From Epithemia pelagica (taxonomy: Eukaryota; Protista; Bacillariophyta), in NCBI GenBank assembly GCA_946965045.2, contig OX337235.1:3534001-3598000 (forward strand): a stretch of DNA of 64,000 nucleotides. The letters run 5' to 3'. Below the pieces are notes generated by a model. The model saw only the letters and a program-made list of their open reading frames with translations. It ran no database searches and was not told the DNA's origin. How positions within the stretch are numbered: position 1 is the first letter of the stretch; every line of letters starts with the position of its first letter. The position numbers were made by a program, and so were the translations under genes. Positions 58,375 through 64,000 of the stretch are shown one piece after another.

Positions 58375-60236
58375 GACAAGGTATATGTGACAGAAAGGAT
58401 GGTAACTAAATTTGAGAAATGCAAAATGAAGCTCTACGATAAATCAATATGCATTTCCGGAGGGCAGACGGCTCAGGTTCTTTTTTGGAATCCAAAGAAG
58501 AATTTGTTTGTAAGAAGAACTACGTTTTTAATAAAGAGCGCCAAGACACTTTGGACCGACTGGATTGATCGTCTGGTACTACATATGGGTGTTTTTGTTT
58601 CTTTACTGTCACTTGATTAGACGGTGCATCTCCATTGGGTACTTGCTACGACACCACGCGAAAGCATCCGAACTGCTTGTTCCATTTGCTGTTGTCGTGC
58701 ATCATTGTCGGCGAGTGATCTGTACTGTGCCCAACCATTCCCTTCTGGTAGCTCCCTTGCAGCATGTGGATCCAGAATGATTGTCTGGTTGAATCTGTAG
58801 TGACGGGTATTGTGTTGCACTCTCGTCGATCCAGCACGCACGCGCACACATGTTGTAGGACTTGTGTCTGTGTGTGTGGCCACGAGGGTGAACGAGCACT
58901 TGTCCCATGACGGATTTTACTGTGTTGTGGGAGAGTTGAGATTGCAGGCGACGAAACTGTCATGGTCCTCTCTCTACCTAGACTAATAGGAGAGTATGTC
59001 CTTTGAATAGCTGTATCAGATTTTCGTACGTACCTCGACCGTCAATCAAGTTCAGGTAGCGTCCGTACGTCCACCGTCAATCGGGCATTTCTGTCATGCG
59101 TCCGTGCGAGATGGGTTCGCTTCCGACGAACGAATGAGAGGAATATCAGCAAAGATATCGCTCTGCTCCTAGTTTTGAATTCCGGGCTGCGGACACAAGA
59201 CCGAACTATATAAATGCAGTTCATGTTTGTTGCGTTTTGGGCTTGGGTCTCGAATCTCGAATCTCGAAACTAGTAGCGACTCTCTGTTAAGGATTATTGA
59301 GAGGTCGTTGAACTGGTGATTAGCCCCACTACTATCTGGCGCGTTGTCGTCTTGCTCTTTACTATTTCTTTTCGTTTTTACCGAACTACTCGTAGAGAGA
59401 CGCTGGAAATGGGGTAATTTGTGGGGCTAGACGGTCCACTCCCTAGCGGGGTTGGCTAAGAGGGTTTAATTTCGTGTCCGGTCTACCTAGTCGGCAGGCA
59501 TATCTCATTTTCACAACCACGATAACAACACGACAATCAAACTTTCTTGTTGCTGGTGACCTCCTATGATCACCCCATCATGATCCGACCATCGTGTCAT
59601 TCATATTAGTACCATGGAAGTGCATTGTGAGCGGCACAGTGCATGAGGGTCACTCTAGGCAAGGATGAAAATAGTGGCCCAGCATTATGGCACGACACGA
59701 GACCATGATGGCCCCAAAACCACATGGGAATAGAGGTCCTGCTGTCGATACACTCCGTTACTACTGTTATGTATATTGTGTACCATAAGGTGTCGAAACA
59801 ATGAATGATAAGAGCCATACATCCCTCTGAGATGCTTCGTTCGAAATGGTGAGGCGTTGCTTCCGTATGACCGTGCCACGAGGCATGGTGCCTGTGAACC
59901 AGCTCCACAATAGACTCAACCTTCATATTTTGGCCATGCAGATGTATCCTACGCTATTGGTTAGAGGCCTATGACTCGCCCGACAGGTACCAAGTGTCAA
60001 AATAGGTGCACAACAACAGGTGCAGCACCGAGGTCCGTGTTGTTATCGCGATGGATGGAATGAGATATGCCTGCCGACTAGAAACAGCTTATTTTTCTAC
60101 CAGAGAGATGGGGGTGTTTCAACGAAATTACAAACTCAAAAACACCCCCGCTAGGGGGTGCTAGACGGCCCCAGGACCAGGAGGTTCGTGCTTGAAGACG
60201 GTCCAACCAATAGTGAATAATGAATAAAGAACATAG

Positions 60237-60543
60237 TAAGGGCTGGGTGCACCGATTTGGTGTCTTCTTGGTTAGCATGCTCATTTTTGGGAGGCAATTG
60301 AGACAAACTGAACCTCAGGTCCATAAGGCATCTACAAAGAGTATCCTAAGTTTGTCTCAATTAGTTCTGTATATTCAGGAAGTTATTGTGATCGGGAGGT
60401 TCATACCATGGTCGAACTGTCTTCCATCTTGTGGGGCATGAAATTTTTGATGTGCGAGTAAAATGTGATGACACCCCCTCCCCCACAAAACACGTACGCG
60501 TGGTCAGACCTAGAAGACACCAAATCGGTGCACCCAGCCCTTA
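60237..60543. mobile_element. MITE, probably PIF/Harbinger (Tourist-like)
   Basis: TAAGGGCTGGGTGCACCGATTTGGTGTCTTCT (60237-60268) is exactly inverted at 60512-60543; non-coding interior. Confidence 0.7.
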
Positions 60544-60610
60544 TCTAGGTAGGAGTAGGTAGGTCTCAAAGCTCAAAACTCAAAAGACATGCAAGGACAA
60601 GGGATAAGCC

Positions 60611-60616
60611 ATACGA

Positions 60617-60661
<45 letters not shown>

Positions 60662-60666
60662 ACGAG
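60611..60666. repeat. (ATACGAG)8 heptanucleotide repeat
   Basis: Eight perfect copies. Confidence 0.95.
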
Positions 60667-60776
60667 TAAGCCATAAGCCCCATGAGGATGACCGATGACC
60701 GGGCTGGGCAGACATTTTGATTGTTGATTGATGATAGTATTAATACTTCCCGGTGTCGAGTCCTTTCAAGGAGGGA

Positions 60777-60862
60777 GCGCCCGGCGCGGAGGGTAGAATG
60801 ACGAGGAGGGCAATGGTCGAGGAGGGCGCCCTCCTCGTCATTCTACCCTCCGCGCCGGGCGC
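60777..60862. repeat. Perfect 35-bp inverted repeat with 16-nt loop
   Basis: GCGCCCGGCGCGGAGGGTAGAATGACGAGGAGGGC (60777-60811) and its exact reverse complement (60828-60862). Confidence 0.95.
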
Positions 60863-61379
60863 GCCCGACGCGAGAGGACGGCCAGACACAGGGAAGTAGT
60901 AAACTTACTCCCTATCAAGCTGTGTAGGTAGTGAGAAATTCCTAGAAGCCATGTCACAAAGTGTCACACAAGTGTCCTACAAGTGTCACACACGAGAGGG
61001 AAACCGCGCGACTCGCACGAAACTACTTCCCGGTCGTACAAAAAATTCCTACTGTAGTATAAAAATGTGAGACGAACTACCTGCACAGTCTGGTATGGAG
61101 TTTGTAGTAGTAGTATTTATTATCAATTATCACAATTATGCTGATTTGTTCAAGCATGCCCAACGCCCAACTAGAAACGGACTATGACCTCTTGAAATGA
61201 TTACCTCTGTTGCTCTTTTGGGACACATTCATCATATACTTTTAGAGAATATTGGTTCTGTTGATTGCCCTCTTTTGCTTGGACCCCTTGCAGGACGATA
61301 TTCAAAAAGCGAGAAAGCCGTTCAACCCACCTAGAGGTGATTGCACTTTTGTTGTTTGGAAGAAAGACTCGTCCTTATC

Positions 61380-63551
61380 ATGGAGCAGGTATGTCATATT
61401 CGCACTGGAGCGTGGCTCATGTTTAGCCAAGAATTCGTCAAAAGCAAACGATACTCACTTTTGCTGGATTGCAAAAAGGATCCGCAAAACCGAGGAAATC
61501 AAACACTGAGTCCTAGTGCTGGTTCAGTGAACTACCCCTACCAAGACAAGAAGACTCTCGTATCCCATAGTAGTACCTTGAATTCCAGCAACAGTCCTCC
61601 TGGACATGACGACACCACCATAAGAAAGGACAACTATGATTGGAAGGATAAGAATGACAACGAGGACCTTGGCAAACCACCTCTGGTCCAAGAAACCAGT
61701 CCGCACGATGACGAACCCTTGTCCGTTCTTTCGGATCGCGAAGTCACGACACGACATGCCCGTCCGACGGGTTCGGTTCATTTTGGGGATTTGGATTTTG
61801 ATGAGGAAGAAGAGGAAGTGGGGGAAGCCACCTGGAAAGAAGTTTGTTTGGCCTGTTGTGTCCATTCGCCTCAACAATGGGTCTGGATTGGCATTGCCAT
61901 GTTGGCCGCTATTACACTATTGTACTTTTTCTTGTTTGGCTTGGAACTCTTGAGCAGTGGGGCTAAGGTCATGTCGGGATGTCGCGCCGGTGAATTGTTT
62001 GGTGATGATACCAACCCTATTGCTGGTCTCATGATTGGCATTTTGGCCACCGTACTCTTGCAGTCGTCGTCGACGACCACCTCGATTATCGTATCGTTGG
62101 TTGGTGAAACAATTTCGGTTCAACAAGGCATTTACATGGTCATGGGAGCCAATATTGGAACCTCCGTGACCAATACACTGGTGGCCATGGGTCAAATGGG
62201 CGATGGGGAACAATTGGAACGCGCCTTTGCCGGTGCGACGGTCCACGACATGTTTAATTTCTTGTCGGTTGCCATTCTCTTGCCCGTCGAAGTCATTACG
62301 GGCTATTTGGATGCCTTGACGGGTGCCATGGTGAAAAATGCCAGTGTCAAGGAGGGCGAAAAATGGGAGGGTCCCGTCAAAAAGATTGTCTCGCCTCTCG
62401 GCAATCGTGTCATTATTGCCAATAAAAAGGTCACCAAGGCCATTGCCAGTGGAGAACAAGAATGCGACGACTTTTATCCCAATGAATGTGTGGGTACACC
62501 CACGTACAAGTCTTGCGGCGAAAAGTTTGGACTGATTGCCTGTGACAAGGATGGTAATTTTTGCCCCGCCTTTTTCTCCGAAGAAGCCTCAGCCAAGGAC
62601 GACAAGGTGTCAGGTGGTGTTGTCTTTTTTATGGCCATTGTCATTCTCTTTACTTGCTTAATTGGATTGGTGGGTATTTTACAACGTCTCTTGTTGGGAA
62701 CCTCCACTCGTCTCGTGTACAAGGCCACCGATGTCAATGGTTATGTGGCCATTGCCATTGGGGCTGGTGTTACCATGCTGGTCCAATCGTCCTCCATCAC
62801 CACGTCCACTTTGACACCCTTGGTGGGAATGGGAGCCTTAAGATTGGAACAAATGTATCCACTCACGTTGGGATGCAATCTGGGTACCACCGTGACGGGC
62901 ATCACGGCTGCAATGGTGGCCGATACGATTGACTCGTTGCAAGTTGCTTTGGCGCACTTGTTTTTCAATATTACCGGCATTCTCATTTTTTATCCCATTC
63001 CGTTCATGCGCCTCATTCCCTTGACAGCGGCCCGAAAATTGAGCAAGGCCACGCGCATTTGGCGTGGCTTTCCCCTCGTTTACATTGTCGTCATGTTCTT
63101 TTTGGTCCCACTCTTTTTTCTGGGTATTTCGGCCCTGTTTGGTAAGGATACCAAGGGCTTCAAAGTCTTGGGAGCCATTTTTGTCATTGCCTTTGTCTTG
63201 GTTGTGTCCTACGTGTTGTATTGGTGCATTTACTTGAATGGCCGCGAGCAATGTGTCCAATGCATGATGGAACGAGAACGCAAACGTCGCGCCTTGCACG
63301 AATTGCCGGATGACATGATTGCCTTGAAGTCCAGTTTGGCCGCCTTGCACGAACGGGTCACGGAATTGGCCGATCATACAGGCATGGCCTTTAAAACTGG
63401 TGATGATGGTGCAAAGGAAGAAGATGAAACAGCCTTGGATACCGATGACCGTCGAACCGAAGAGGAGGGGGAGATACGGGGACGTCAAGTTCCCACGTCC
63501 ATCTTGGGACAACAAGACATGACGGACCAAGAGCAATACAATGACGAATAA
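61380..63551 (+). CDS. SLC34: Sodium-dependent phosphate cotransporter, SLC34/NaPi-II family
   Basis: Two QSSS repeats (LQSSSTTTSIIVSLV, VQSSSITTSTLTPLVG) with GANIGTSVTN and GCNLGTT, AFAGATVHDMFN, AHLFFN. Start codon uncertain. Confidence 0.93.
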   Translation: MEQVCHIRTGAWLMFSQEFVKSKRYSLLLDCKKDPQNRGNQTLSPSAGSVNYPYQDKKTLVSHSSTLNSSNSPPGHDDTTIRKDNYDWKDKNDNEDLGKPPLVQETSPHDDEPLSVLSDREVTTRHARPTGSVHFGDLDFDEEEEEVGEATWKEVCLACCVHSPQQWVWIGIAMLAAITLLYFFLFGLELLSSGAKVMSGCRAGELFGDDTNPIAGLMIGILATVLLQSSSTTTSIIVSLVGETISVQQGIYMVMGANIGTSVTNTLVAMGQMGDGEQLERAFAGATVHDMFNFLSVAILLPVEVITGYLDALTGAMVKNASVKEGEKWEGPVKKIVSPLGNRVIIANKKVTKAIASGEQECDDFYPNECVGTPTYKSCGEKFGLIACDKDGNFCPAFFSEEASAKDDKVSGGVVFFMAIVILFTCLIGLVGILQRLLLGTSTRLVYKATDVNGYVAIAIGAGVTMLVQSSSITTSTLTPLVGMGALRLEQMYPLTLGCNLGTTVTGITAAMVADTIDSLQVALAHLFFNITGILIFYPIPFMRLIPLTAARKLSKATRIWRGFPLVYIVVMFFLVPLFFLGISALFGKDTKGFKVLGAIFVIAFVLVVSYVLYWCIYLNGREQCVQCMMERERKRRALHELPDDMIALKSSLAALHERVTELADHTGMAFKTGDDGAKEEDETALDTDDRRTEEEGEIRGRQVPTSILGQQDMTDQEQYNDE

Positions 63552-64000
63552 GACGCCAGAGAAGACTACATGAAATACTATGGAGAAGCTTGATTCCCGC
63601 ATTCTTCGTCTTTGTTCGAAATTGGGCATGAGATCATCCTTTCATACGCCAGAATGGGAGTGGGACACGAAACTGTGAGATTTTGATGCATTTCATCCTT
63701 CTATAGATCTTGAATATTATCTAGTTCAATCCTAAAAGAAGTTATATTGATAGGATCATCGACGTTCTTTTGGTCCTCAACAGCCAGTCTTCTTAGGAAG
63801 ATTCTGGATACTACATCATGAAAAAGGGTGTTTGTCTTTGTTAAGGGCGACAAGAACGGTTTCTCGTGTTAGGCCTCGCATAGCCCCCAAAAAACGACAG
63901 CGTCTTGTCCAACTCGTGGTAAGAACTAGCGTCGTGACGATCCCGAATGTGGTGTTCTTCCCTCATGACCTTGTTTTGAATCGACAAGACGACGATTGCT

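Noticed and set aside
58617-58883. Protein-like minus-strand segment (FNQTIILDPHAARELPEGNGWAQY...) after a possible acceptor
   Set aside because: No compatible first exon or family could be identified.
59606-59926. MHCAAH resembling the hAT transposase CxxH motif
   Set aside because: No other transposase motifs in any frame nearby.
60611-60666. Regular short repeats as a possible CRISPR array or telomere
   Set aside because: No spacers, eukaryotic context, and the unit is not a TTAGGG-type telomeric repeat.

Overview
Eukaryotic nuclear DNA, almost certainly from a diatom: short GT-AG introns, an ASAFAP-type plastid presequence on an esterase, diatom-type copia and SLC34 genes, and microsatellite-rich low-complexity proteins. 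About a quarter of the window is two retroelements. (1) An 8.7-kb tyrosine-recombinase retrotransposon (10279-18982) has Ngaro/PAT-type split direct repeats (A1-ORFs-B1-A2-B2), a frameshifted gag and pol, and an intact recombinase. Its pol appears to start with a degenerate C5 cytosine-methyltransferase domain and to end with a DIRS-type adenine-methylase-like domain. (2) A 6.4-kb intact Ty1/copia element (24409-30811) has apparently identical LTRs and a TCCTC target duplication, and sits inside the coding sequence of a host gene. In both elements gag and pol are in the same frame, separated by a single TGA. Host genes: Kelch protein (partial), PB1 protein, plastid alpha/beta-hydrolase, vacuolin-like SPFH protein with an in-frame TAA, EF-hand-like membrane protein, BT1/MFS transporter, two inverted S8-protease-like paralogues that both lack a full catalytic triad, MnSOD, DUF1275 protein, a 1969-aa HMG-box/CXXC protein, a globin-like protein with Cys at the proximal His position, a small complex I subunit missed by the ORF track, and an SLC34 Na/Pi cotransporter preceded by a MITE, a microsatellite and a perfect 35-bp hairpin. 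All domain calls come from reading motifs by eye; no searches were run.
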